Shown here piece after piece: positions 37,647 to 48,852 of a DNA stretch of 64,000 nt. The notes below the pieces were generated by a model. The model searched no databases. It was not told the origin of the DNA and worked only from the letters and a program-made list of their open reading frames with translations. Position 1 is the stretch's first letter; every line of letters begins with the position of its first letter. The position numbers and the translations under genes are program-made. The stretch comes from Dudresnaya verticillata (taxonomy: Eukaryota): NCBI GenBank assembly GCA_977862235.1, contig OZ374558.1:2914001-2978000 (forward strand). The letters are read 5' to 3'.

Positions 37647-39959
37647 CTAATCTGAGAGAAGGTCAATGACCTCGTCGCCGTCAAGAGGCGGATTCGGAGC
37701 AGCGGGGGCTCGCGTGGTCACGATGCGACGCACTTCGCGAACAATTAGCCGACCTTGACCACGACGCGGACTGCGGCCTCGGCGCATACCGTCCACTGCA
37801 GCACCACGAGCCCCAATGGCTGGAAACTCGACGTCCATCGGCGCCGTCTCAGGTGCATCACCTCCGCCCTCGTTAGGCTCCAGCTTCTCCTCCTCCTTGA
37901 GGATCAGCTCCGTTTTGACGATCAAGTCGTCAGTAGACTTCGGCGCCTCACTTGTCGGTTCCGAGGTAGCCCCCTTGGATCCGCCGGAAGGCAGCTCAGC
38001 CTGAGAAGGCATAAGCGTCGGTGCCACTGTAGGGCTTGGCCCTGACGAAACACTGCCTCGCCGGTAGCAGGCAGATTCGGATGCAAGGGCCCGAGTCGCG
38101 CCTCGTTAGACGTAGGCACGGCGCCTGGAAGCACGGAGCGCAAAGGGACGCCAACTCGAGAAGCCGATGGCTGAGCCGGACCGCCGGTCTTGGATGATAT
38201 AGTTGCCGCAGCCGGCGGCCCAGCAGTTACATCCTCGCTGGAAGCTCCAGCCGAAGGCTCTTCGCGCGGAATCTTAGACGCGTCAGCTTCAGTGGCTTCG
38301 CGAGCGTCGGGCGCTAGGATGGCTCCAGAAGAGCCTTGGGCTGAAGAACCCGGCTTACCATATCCGACGCTGCGACGCACCTTAGAGCCAGGCTCTCTCG
38401 TGGACTGGATACCTGTCTCGTTCTTAATCTGGTCCCTCGGCTCCACCTTAGCCCCGATACCCCCAAGCGGGGAAATCTTGTTCATATGAGCCAGAAGGCG
38501 CTCAATGTTGCCCGGGGTTCCAATCCAGTGAGCCTCATACTCTGCTAACACATCCTCAACCCAGTTAGCAAGACTATGCAGGCTAAGGGAGAAGATGCCC
38601 CAATGGGCAGCCAAGCGGATGACCAACCCACGACGGCCAAATAGATCACGGATCTCGGCATCGGCACGGTAATGGTGTGTAAGCACTGGAGCGTACGGAC
38701 CCTGCGGCTCCCCATCGACAGTGTCGTTGAAGGGGGGCACCTCATCAGGGTGCTTAGGGCCTTCATCGCGCCAACGCACGCTCACCCAACCTTTGGTGTA
38801 CCCAGTGCGACGTTCGCCTTCATCCGATTGGATCGATTCAACCTCGGAGGGTAGAGGCGCCATTAAGTAGTCTGGAAGGACTGGGTGCCACTTGACGGCG
38901 TCAAACTCGACCCAGTTGCCGTGATTGTATACCGGTGTGACGTAGCCGGTATTTTCAGGCAAGTGCCTGTTGCGCTTTGAGACGCCAATCCAACGGATGC
39001 GTTCCACAAATACCATGGTCCAAATCGTCGACATCAGCCGAAGTCGCAGTAAAGGCGGAAGAGCCTATGGAACGGATGGACGCACGAAGTAGGGCATTGA
39101 TGAAATAAAAAAAGCCCCGACGAGCTTCGTATACGAACAGTTGAATCACTAAGACTATCCATTCGTGGCGGAAAATGGACCACAAGACGCTATCGTCTGT
39201 ATTGGCGTCCATCATCTCCAAGGCGAGATAGGCTATGATGGTCGGCGTCCCCACGGGCATGGAGTAGGATATTTCGAGCTCCGCATGAGCTCCTGTAACT
39301 TGAGGGTACTTCAACCTGTACAATTCTGGACGGATAGAGATAACCTCTTGGCAATGTGCCGGGACGTAGAATCCAGTGCGATGTCGGTTACGACGCTCGA
39401 ACCGCACCAAGTCTGACGGCATGGCCGTTTGGGGATTATCCATCGCAAATTTGAAATTGGATGTCTCGTCCCAGCGGACAACTCGCGCCATGGTGTAAGG
39501 GTAATTGTCCCTACCACTGCGAATCAGTGGGCGCTCATGCGCAACCATCCCGAGGTCGTACTGCCCAGCGTCATGCACACTCTGCATCTGTTGCAGTTAG
39601 AAGTTGAGCTTGTCACATAAAATGGCGGTGTAACGCACCTCATGCCGGAAGCGCGGGTGCACTAAGTTCCATTGCCACGGACCCGCGAAGGCGGGCAGGC
39701 GACGGATTAGACCCGTCAGCAGGGACAGACGCGCCCGGGCGTGAGTATTCCAGGTGCGACGTTGGGCTTGGCGTGCTCCGCGACGGGGAATGTCGGTACG
39801 ATCAGCGCCAGCTCGCGCTTTCAGGTGCGCCAGATCAGTACGCACCCGCCAGTCGCGGCTCTCCTTGACGTTGAGGGGCACGCCTATCTCATCGACTTCG
39901 ATTCCTAGCACGCCGTTGCTTGAGCCGGCGGCCCCGTTAGCCATATGGCTTTTATTCAT
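37647..39959 (-). pseudogene. Long antisense accessory ORF of element D (~770 codons, 1 stop and ~2 frameshifts)
   Basis: 39959-39597 and 39587-38955 are in one frame separated by a single TAA; overlapping ORFs 39034-37922 and 38027-37647 continue it. Confidence 0.75.
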
Positions 39960-41186
39960 CCAACTTCTACAGGACGAACAAGTCGCCCAAAATGGTCACA
40001 ATGACTACTCCTTCCGGAAGAAAATCAACGGCACGGCCGTAGGGTGGTAGTACATCAGGCGAAAGCGCCGTCGATCACGGCCAAAGGATGGAACTCAGCC
40101 AAGCGCACAGCCACCGCGGCTCGTTGAGATGAAAGGGGCACCGCGTGGCGGTCAGATCGAGAAGGAAGGAAGGAGCAGGGCGTGGAGGTTGTGGTTGATG
40201 TTGGTGCGGAGCGCGGGTGTGCACAGTGTATTGCAAGCGGAAGACGCTCGGAAGGTGCTGAAGTATGCAGCCGCTTGGGGCTTTTCGCGCAAAAGCGAAC
40301 CGGGTTCGTCGGGACAATGAGACGGGCGCCGTCGAGATTGGGACGACAAACCACGTGACTTGTCACTATTGATAACCGTTGCAAAACGGCCGGCCATGGA
40401 GGCGGTTACACATGAGCTCATGTGGGACGGCTAGCCGTTGGCCCAATGGCAACTGGGATTTCAACCTCGCCCAAGACGGGGCCAATAGAAACAGCCTTGC
40501 TGGCTTCGCGGGTCTCTCAGCCTTAATGAGGGGGCCGTGTGGAAGAATGAGCCGCAGCAGGGCGCTGGCACCCTGTAAGTCATATGTGCGCATTAAGGTG
40601 TAAGACGCCAACGCCCATCAAGCTGTAAGGCGCGCACAAGGGCCGTGAGCTGTAAGGGCAATGCGCCCAGCTGGCGTCCCTGCGGGCCCCAAATTTAATG
40701 GCGAATCGCCATTGGGTAATTTAATGTGGCCGCTCACGCGGCCCGACGCGGTACTACCACTAATCCGTATTTATAACTGACAACAGTACTATTAGATTAA
40801 TAATTACAGCTAGAATAGCTTATAATAGCTAATAGGAGGTAAGAGCGTTTCCGGCTCTGCTATACTTAATGGGCCCCTGAGTAGCAGGGGCCTCCTGAAT
40901 AGAACCCTACGGTTGGTTTGGGGCTTTTGCCCTTTTCTGGAATTCAAGGACTCACCGTACCTTTTCCCTTTCAGGCGCTCTACGAGCCTTGCCTCCGCAT
41001 GACGGAAGCTCTGCGTGAGCTGGGTAGCGCCGCCCTTCCTTTTTCCTCTTTTCCCTAGGCTTTGTGCCTTTTTCCCCAAGTCCCTACCAACTCCCTTTTC
41101 CCCCCGAACTACCAAAGCTAGTGTTGTCCATAGGACAGGTGTTCTGGTTGTTTCCGTTCTACCTGGGCCGTGGCCATTCTACTACA

Positions 41187-43260
41187 CTATTGCAGCGAAT
41201 ATCGTTGTCGTCCCTCGTCATAGAACCAGGGACCGCGTTGCTCTTCAGCTCTGCGTCCGCCAACCCCTCTTGGGCCTTCCGACTTTCCGAAGTTGGCTAT
41301 CGGCCCAAAACGCGGTCAGCCTTGCCATCGCTTCTTGCCTCCCCGACACGTCTGCCGCTAGAGCAAGTCTTCGACTAGCCGCAAACGCCCTGAGTACCGC
41401 AACTGATAGCTCTAAGTCCCACCAATGGCACAATTTCCAAACAGTTTGCACTTCAGAAGGTCACAGAGCTCTACTGGCCGATGTAGGTACAGTCTTAGCC
41501 TATCTTGGGTTCCTTTTCGAAGAACACAGGGTCTATTATAGCTCCTTGGACCACTAAATGCCCGCCATTCGTACAATGAATACTCGAGCCGGATATACAG
41601 ACCCCTGCACAGGAGAAAGCCAGCGCGACATGCTTAGAGCCTTTAGAAGGCAGGACGATGCTCGTGGTACCCTTCAAGACGTCCATGCAGGTATTCCAGC
41701 ATCGTTTATGTGGTGCAAAACGTCTAAGACGATAGACCGCCGAGCAGTTCGGGGCTCGGTGGGTAGCTGCGCCCTCGGCGATGGGTGATCCCGCCGTGGG
41801 CGACTTGTTGGTAGAGCAAAGGAACACGCCTTGGGCGGACTGTAGACGCCCGAGGCGGAAGGTGTGAAGGAAGGGAAAAGGAAACAGAAAGGGGAACACG
41901 TCAAGGACGATGGTAGACGTGGAAGCACGGGAGGTAGACGTTTAGCCGTAGGCAGCGGTAGGGTACGCGCTTGCGGAACGGGGAAGTCTGGACCAAGGCC
42001 GGCTTGCCCGGGCGTTTACTGTTACGTCTGGGACGGCTTACCTAAGTATAGTACGGCGATGCGGCGGCTGCGGTGCGTATGCGTAGCGCGGGAACTCGGG
42101 ACACGTGTCGTCCCGAGGTGCGTCTGACAGATCACCCATCGCATGCAGCCGCGCGCCTGACGGATTGCTGTACAACCCCTTGTGTGGGTGCCTACACGCA
42201 CACGTGGACGCGTGTGCCTTACAGCCGTGCGCGCGTGCGTACTGTAGAACGTGCGCCTTGGATCTAATCCGATACTTGTCCGATCCCGATCCCATCCGGA
42301 TCGGGCCAGCAATGCGAATACCCGCAGCCTTACAGGCGCGGATCTTACAGCTTAGGCGATCCGGATAGCCAATCTGGATACTGGATCCGGATCCCATCTG
42401 GATCCGTATTACAGTGTCCCGGGGCGCCACGTCGGCCCATCACCGTACAGTGCCCGCGTGGCGCGCGGCGCGCAGTGTGCGCGCGCGCCCCAGTGAGCCG
42501 TCGATGACGTGTTCGCGCGCCAACGGCGGTGGTGAGCGCCGGTGGCGGTTTCTTCGTCGGTCGACGTATTTGATCTGCCCGCTTTCAGCGAAAAAGGGCT
42601 CACCTCCCCTTGCACCACAGTTTATTTGGAGAATCCGCAACTACGGTTCACTACAAACAATCGAAAGTTCAACTGCGCGCGACGCCGCCCTTATTGAGTT
42701 CCAATACCTTCTTTCATGGCGCCATGCGCGTCAAGCTTCAGGCCGGATGATTCAAGCACAAGACATAACGGTTTAAACTGTCGGTTCCTCACTAACATCA
42801 ACGCGTTTTCAACTTTCCGCACACCCTTGCACGCTCAAGGGACGTCCTACCCGCGGAAAACCATCATCTTCTACATTTTGTAATGGTACCGGTGCTCCCA
42901 GCCCACTAGCATTGTAATTACGGTACTAAACCCATTGGAATACGGCTGCACCTCATTAATTATACTGGTCACATCAGGGAGATGGTTCGGACTCACAGAA
43001 TGTCACCAATGCCCTACAGCGTATTCTAATGGTACTTCAAGTTATACCCCCATCGTTTTGTTTCTACACTTTACATAGTCTTCACAGTGGTAGTGTCACT
43101 GAATTAATGCTCAGCGGAGTACCGCTTCCAGTTATGGTTCAAAGAGGTCACTATACAAACGACCGGATGCTTATCAGCGTCTACTTTGACGGCCGCATCT
43201 GTAAAAGCCCGGAATTGACGCTTTATTTCTGGTCCCTACTACCTTTGTCGCAGCTCCCGC
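41187..43260 (+). pseudogene. Methyltransferase C-terminal remnant and tyrosine recombinase of the YR element
   Basis: Frame rejoins SWYKL|LQRISL; QW..F..VC..VLAYLGFL; ARDAALIEFQYLLSWR; YTLHSLHSGSVT..RGHY..VY. Confidence 0.8.
41709..42619 (-). mobile_element. Solo LTR, family C-related, inserted in the YR gene
   Basis: TGTGGTGCAA...TTGCACCACA; perfect TSD GTTTA. Confidence 0.9.
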
Positions 43261-43291
43261 CCCCAGTAACATCGCTGGCTCAGAGTTGGAA

Positions 43292-43825
43292 TTTCATCGA
43301 GTGTCAAAGGTTCTTTAAATGGTTGAAAAGGTACACAGTAGATAGTGACCTTGCGGAACGTCCCAAAACAGCAACATTAAGGCAATACCAGGATAGCAGC
43401 AGTAATCATTTCAAGTGTCAACGCTCTGGGCACAATGCTAACAGAGCACTCTAGCGTCAGCTGTCAGTGTCAAACCCGCACTCTCGCCGCAACGCTAACA
43501 AAATATTACCGTACAGAGAGGAGAGACCAAACAGGAGAGGTCTTCCAAAGATGGACCGGAGAGTTCTTCCAAAGATGAACCGGAAAGATCTTCCAATTTA
43601 CGGGTACATAAGCCTTCGGCGTTTCTGATCCCGGACAGTCGAGGCAAGTTCTTCCTTCCCGCCCTCCCGCCCTTAGCACCTTTGCCTTCTCCAACAAGTT
43701 CTAGCCGTTTCTTTCTAGTCTAACGGCCATATTCGAGTGTCTATGACTCATTTGAGACCCATCTACATATCTCTGTCATTAGTCTAGTGAATGAAGCTCT
43801 CCCAATAAAGCTCTCATTTCTTTTC
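43292..43825 (+). repeat. 3' direct repeat plus terminal segment with AATAAA
   Basis: Matches 25232-25620; the extension is shared with the 11500-12030 copy. Confidence 0.88.
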
Positions 43826-45352
43826 AATTCCGTAAAGCTTTACAGCACATGAGCAGAGGAGGCTTTTTTGCTTGTTCACAATTAGTCTGGTTAGACTTAA
43901 TTACGTTATTTTTCCTGTACTATATTTATCAGCGGCGGTGCTGCGGTAGGCAGCCCGAAGAGGCATGTCTATTTCTCGGCTTCCCACACAGCCCCGATGC
44001 CCTCTGGACTACTCGTCTCACCTGTCCATTTCTCTGTGGCGTTTCTATAGTCACTCTATCTTTGTTGTGTTGTTGCGTTTGATCAAAGTTTTTCGTTTTA
44101 GCTCGTCTAGAAGTTGGTGTCCTCCGCCCAAGCGAATATCTTTGCTCTCATCAGTAATCCAACACGAATTCTTCGTAGTGTAAACCAGATGAGGTACGCT
44201 GCAAAGCCTGTTTTTTGCGAGCTGTGTACGAGGTGAAGGTGACAATCTGCATTGATGGGGGGCACGGCACGACCGCACGTTATAATTTGTTGAGGTAACA
44301 GCAGTTGAGTGTTATGATGTCTCCACGGGTTGGTACAACAAGCGTGAAGCTTCCGCAACATTGACATCTGGCGCAGTTGAGTTGCTCTAGATTGGTTCAA
44401 CCAGGCGTGCTCTCGTAGGTGTGCTCACATGGATGGGTATGTGTATCGGGCGGGCTTCCCGCGCGCACAATGTCGACAAGCTACTACGCACGCCAGGCGG
44501 AAGGCGGGCAAGACACGGCAGTTCGAGCGGTGCGAGCGGTGCTCCGGTGCAGAGAGCGGTGAAGGCGGAAAGTTGGACATTGTGCTGGCACATATTGGCG
44601 GCGGAAGAGGCTGGACGCGCAAGGTATCGAGAATCTTAAACGTAAACGCATGCAAAGGGGTTTGTTCTGTTCAAGAGGTTGCGGCGGAGTAACATGCCTT
44701 GTTACTTGGGTTGCTGCCGTTGAGTTTTGTTTGTGGTTGGGCTTTTTCTTGCGGCGTTTCAACAATGAAAGTCCGCGGTGGCGACAGGGCGACTGGGCAC
44801 TTATAAAGGAATAATGAAAGCAAAGTCGTATATTGTTCACAGTGGAAGGCTGTAGCAGTCGGGACCTTTGCCGCGCACCTCGTGCGCATGATGCGTCGGT
44901 AGGTTGAAAAGGGGGCCGAAAAGGGCAGTGCGCGGTGCCGGAGCCGCCGCCAAGGCCGGCCGACGTGATGACAGGCATGGAACGCGTCAAGGGTACCCTT
45001 TGGTGTAGTTGCAGTTCACGCTCAGTCGGCAAAAGATCTGTGGCGCCGGCGAACGCGAACAATGCGCACGCGAGAAATCAGCAATGGAAGACAGAGCCCC
45101 CGCGAATCGCTCATGACAGATTCGAACGCGCTGCTGACCGTCCTCGCTGTCGACTGTCTGACTCCGCCGCGTCACACCGCGATGCACACGGCGCGCGCGT
45201 TCCACCCGTCACGCCGCCGCAGATCTCCCGCCGCGTCACCTTCGAGCAATCCAATCCCTCACCGTCTGTCCCGCCGCCAAAGCTTTCCCGTGCCCGACCC
45301 CATCCCCCCACCCCCATCCCCCCACCACCATCCCCTCCCCAATCATCTCGCG

Positions 45353-46831
45353 ATGGCAGCGCCCCCGCCACCCGCCCCGCTCGCATACGCCTCCGCCGCG
45401 TCGCCCTGGCTCACGCTCGAGTTCTCCAACGTCGTGCTCAACTCGCTCGCCATCGCCGTCGCAACCACCGTGCTCTCCTACCAGCTCACGGCCGTGCTGT
45501 TCGACCTCACGCTGGGCTGCAAGCCGCGCAAGCAGGCGCGCGTATCGTCGCTGCACCTACTCCTCCTGGCGCGCCAGTCCTCCCCGCTGGCAATCTCCAC
45601 GGCCGTGCTCCGCAGCGACGTCCTGACGCGAGCGTACCACCGCCCAGACCTACCGCGCTCCACGCGCATCCACCGCGAGGACTCGCGCATCCGCCTGTCC
45701 ACCGCGGCCCGCCTGCTGCTTCTGCTGCTGGCCGCCCCGCTCGTCAACGTCCTCTCGCTGCTCGTCACGCTCGAGGCGTCGCGCACGCTCTCCTTCGAAC
45801 ATGCCGCCCTGCCCGGCCTCGCGCTGGGCCTCACCCCGAACCTGTCCGTTGTGCGCGCGCGCCGCCTCAACGACCCCTGCATCCGCCCACAGGTCGACTA
45901 CCGCCCCGGCGATGCCCCGCTCGCAGACTTTTCCATCTGCGGCCCTCTCCCGTTTCGCCAGGAGCTCTCTGGTCAGCAGGGCGCTGCTGTCTTTGTCTTT
46001 CTTGAGTTAGACGTCGCGATTACCGTTGCCGTACAGATTAGATCCGTCTTGCGCCGCTCAGCACGCCAGGCAAACATCATCACGCGACACCAAAACCTCG
46101 TCCTGCGCGCCCGGGTCACCAACGAAACGGTTGCCCCGTTGCTCGACTTCGGAATCCGCCTGGTGCGCGACCGCTGCGTCGCCAGCGCCGACACCAACGC
46201 CGTTAAGGCAACCTTCGAAATACCCGGGAAAACCTTGATTGGTGGCAGGCGTCTCGTCGACTGCGTCCCGACCGGTGACGAAAACGAGCTTGCGCTGCAG
46301 GTCCTGGACCAGATGCTGGCCAAATTCACCCTGTCACAGTCGGACCGCATGGAAGTCGTCCCGCTCGGACATGACAAGGGTAACGTGGCGCACTACGACT
46401 TCTTCGACGGCAAGGACTTGCCGTTTATTACGCGACGGAGACGCTACTTGGGGTTGTTGACGCTCACTGTGTTGGCCACTGTCGCCACCATGATGAGGCT
46501 GTTCACGGCCTTTGTGTGGAACAATGATGTGGATGAGGCCATCGATCTAGTGCTCAAGAAGGCGCTTGGCGTCAAGTGTTGTGACTCGTTGTTGAGAGAG
46601 GGCAAGCGAACAGTTGCGTACAACCGCAAGTTTCAGAACGATCATGTCGCGTATTATGGTTTGTTCCGCAAGGGCATGACAGAGGTGCAAGAGTTTCGTC
46701 AAGGGGTCCTCGGTGCTGACTTGCTGGAGACTTCCTTTGACGATGATCGCTTTACAGAGTGCAGCAGCACCCATGATGACCCTGATCAGCCCAGCTTACA
46801 AGAATCTTTGCAAAAGGTCCAATTGTTCTAA
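45353..46831 (+). CDS. Intronless membrane protein of unknown function (~492 aa, about 3 TM helices), paralog of 47420-48769
   Basis: Long ORF with GC-rich codons; hydrophobic segments; shared motifs TTVLxYQ, SSPLA, LAAPLVN, NNDV; ATG chosen by paralog alignment. Confidence 0.85.
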   Translation: MAAPPPPAPLAYASAASPWLTLEFSNVVLNSLAIAVATTVLSYQLTAVLFDLTLGCKPRKQARVSSLHLLLLARQSSPLAISTAVLRSDVLTRAYHRPDLPRSTRIHREDSRIRLSTAARLLLLLLAAPLVNVLSLLVTLEASRTLSFEHAALPGLALGLTPNLSVVRARRLNDPCIRPQVDYRPGDAPLADFSICGPLPFRQELSGQQGAAVFVFLELDVAITVAVQIRSVLRRSARQANIITRHQNLVLRARVTNETVAPLLDFGIRLVRDRCVASADTNAVKATFEIPGKTLIGGRRLVDCVPTGDENELALQVLDQMLAKFTLSQSDRMEVVPLGHDKGNVAHYDFFDGKDLPFITRRRRYLGLLTLTVLATVATMMRLFTAFVWNNDVDEAIDLVLKKALGVKCCDSLLREGKRTVAYNRKFQNDHVAYYGLFRKGMTEVQEFRQGVLGADLLETSFDDDRFTECSSTHDDPDQPSLQESLQKVQLF

Positions 46832-47290
46832 GCATTATGCTTGAGACTTCCTCCCCATGTGTGTGTGTTTGTACGTGTGTTAGTACTTGACGGCTAGTCT
46901 TGTCGCCCGCATGAAAAGCTGCAAAAAGGCTGGAAAATGAACGTGGAGCTCTTCCGAGTCCCAGTTTGTCGTGCAAGTTGTGTGTACAGAGGAAATCTCG
47001 AATAGATTCTCGAATAGATGTGTTAAATGTGTACAGAAAGTCTTCCCAGTCAACGTGATGAATAGTGGTGATGAGTAGTATAGTCCACCTGCCTTTTGAG
47101 GCCATTCCTGTTGCTTTGATGATTTCATAGCAATAGAGCACCGATGTGGAGGAAAGTCCATGCTCTGAACGAAAACTATTATGCCCGTCACGTGAACAAG
47201 AACAACTGTTACACGACATCCGTTCGACAATGGCCTGACGTTTACAAGCACCTGTACATATTTGTATTGACGGGTGCAAGTTACAACGTA

Positions 47291-47333
47291 CACAGACACA
47301 CAGACAGACACACAGACACGCACACACACACAG

Positions 47334-47364
<31 letters not shown>
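47291..47364. repeat. (CA)n microsatellite
   Basis: Imperfect CA run. Confidence 0.95.
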
Positions 47365-47365
<1 letters not shown>

Positions 47366-47419
47366 CATCAGGGGCGAAACGAACAACTATTCACAAATAC
47401 TTAGAAAGCAAGTCACATG

Positions 47420-48769
47420 CTATGAGCTGGAATACCGGTCTTCTTTAGAGTCGCACCCTTTGTCGTGCTCAAACTTCTCCTCAGGGCTTTCAAGCAGGTC
47501 TTCATACCAAATGCGTGTCCTGTTCTGCAGCATCGAATCTCCAACGCGAACAGAAAGCGTGTGCTTGAGCATCATCTCAATGCCCTTGTGCACATCATTA
47601 TTGGTAGCAATCCTAACAATGGCCCTAACCAACAGGACACAGAGCACAGCAATACAGAGATGTGAGAAGGGAGCAAAACTGTGCCTTCTCAGCAGGAAAG
47701 GAAGCTGTGCGGCGTCGGCAAAGGGCTCTCCGTCGCCTGCGTCGACGGGCTGTAGCAAAAGTCGGTCGGTCTCAACAAATCCAATGCGCGCCTGAATGTT
47801 CCACATGGAAAAGCCCACGAGGTAGGCATTGGAATAGCTGCGGCAAGAAAGATCTTTCTGAATCATCCAGGAATCTTGACCGACCTCGAGCTCGCGAATC
47901 TGGCCGGTCTCTTCGACACCGACGCACTCTGGCTGCTCATCCGTAAGAATTGGGATCATATTCTCCACCAACTCTTTGCCCTGCTCAATGGACATATCGG
48001 TCTTAAGACTGTAGCGCTCGTCGCGAATGAAAACCTCAGAGTGCAGGACCCAGCGGTATAGCAAATTAGGCTGGTACATCATCTCTGCGACGAAGGCGTG
48101 GCGCGGGGCACCCTTGTACTGCACATTGCGGCTCAACCTGACATACGGGCTGCCCGGAGACGAGTCGTTTGCCTTGTCGCCGACGGATATGAAACATGTG
48201 GAAAACTCTGCATCGCCAAACTCCTGGCGCGCGTAGCGTGTCGGGTGGCGGACGCAGTTGATATGGTTGTCTCGGTAATTGATCGGGAGTGAGTCGTTGT
48301 ACCCGAGCGAGATGCCGCCAAAGCGTGCATCTGCAAACGACACGGTGGCATCGTGCTCCAGCGAGAGGATAACCGCGACGAGGTTGACGACCGGGGCGGC
48401 GGCGAGCAGCAGCACAAACTTGGCCAGGGCGGCGGGCGGTAGGCGACGCGCAGCGTCGTGCGCCGGGCAGGCGCGCAGCAGGCCGTGGTTGCGCCACCCG
48501 GCCACGCGAGAGCCCGGGAACAGGTTGGACACGACGGCGAGCGGCGAGGACTCCTCGGCGAGCAGCAGCGCGGACAGGTCGGACACCGCGGCAACGCCGC
48601 GGCGCTTCAGCCCCACGGCCAGGTCGTGCACGATGGAGATGCTCTGGTAGGTCAGCACGGTGGTCAGGACGGCGACGAGGATGGCGTGCGTGACGTCGGA
48701 CGACGGGCGCCAGGAGTGCCAGGACGACGCGCCCGGGTACGTGATTGTCTGGTTGACGGAGAGCGTCAT
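47420..48769 (-). CDS. Intronless membrane protein of unknown function (~449 aa), paralog of 45353-46831
   Basis: Long ORF; TTVLTYQ, ESSPLA, AAAPVVN, LPFLLRR, TNNDV motifs. Confidence 0.85.
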   Translation of the reverse strand: MTLSVNQTITYPGASSWHSWRPSSDVTHAILVAVLTTVLTYQSISIVHDLAVGLKRRGVAAVSDLSALLLAEESSPLAVVSNLFPGSRVAGWRNHGLLRACPAHDAARRLPPAALAKFVLLLAAAPVVNLVAVILSLEHDATVSFADARFGGISLGYNDSLPINYRDNHINCVRHPTRYARQEFGDAEFSTCFISVGDKANDSSPGSPYVRLSRNVQYKGAPRHAFVAEMMYQPNLLYRWVLHSEVFIRDERYSLKTDMSIEQGKELVENMIPILTDEQPECVGVEETGQIRELEVGQDSWMIQKDLSCRSYSNAYLVGFSMWNIQARIGFVETDRLLLQPVDAGDGEPFADAAQLPFLLRRHSFAPFSHLCIAVLCVLLVRAIVRIATNNDVHKGIEMMLKHTLSVRVGDSMLQNRTRIWYEDLLESPEEKFEHDKGCDSKEDRYSSS

Positions 48770-48808
48770 CGTGCGCGCAGGCGTGGCGGGCAGGGCGGGG
48801 CGGGGCGG

Positions 48809-48852
48809 GGGTTGGGTTGGGTTGGGTTGGGTTGGGTTGGGTTGAATTGAAT
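48809..48852. repeat. (GGTTG)n microsatellite upstream of the start codon
   Basis: About 7 tandem pentamers. Confidence 0.9.

Larger units (their letters stand above)
28138..41186 (+). mobile_element. Ty3/gypsy chromodomain LTR retrotransposon D (~13 kb)
   Basis: LTRs 28138-28787 and 40538-41186 (TG..CA), PBS 28789-28804, PPT GAGGGGGCCG, perfect TSD CTATT. Confidence 0.96.
25232..43825 (+). mobile_element. DIRS-order tyrosine-recombinase retrotransposon (PAT-like direct repeats), interrupted by gypsy D and solo LTR C
   Basis: Direct repeats 25232-25620 and 43292-43654 flank gag-like, RT, RNase H, methyltransferase and YR remnants. Confidence 0.85.

Noticed and set aside
44935..46005. Long Pro/Arg-rich overlapping ORFs (also 48066-48983)
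   Set aside because: Alternative-frame shadows of GC-rich real genes
46752..47795. ORFs with CVCVCV/THTHTH runs
   Set aside because: Artefacts of the CA microsatellite
48809..48852. Telomere-like G-rich repeat
   Set aside because: Short internal pentamer microsatellite just upstream of a start codon
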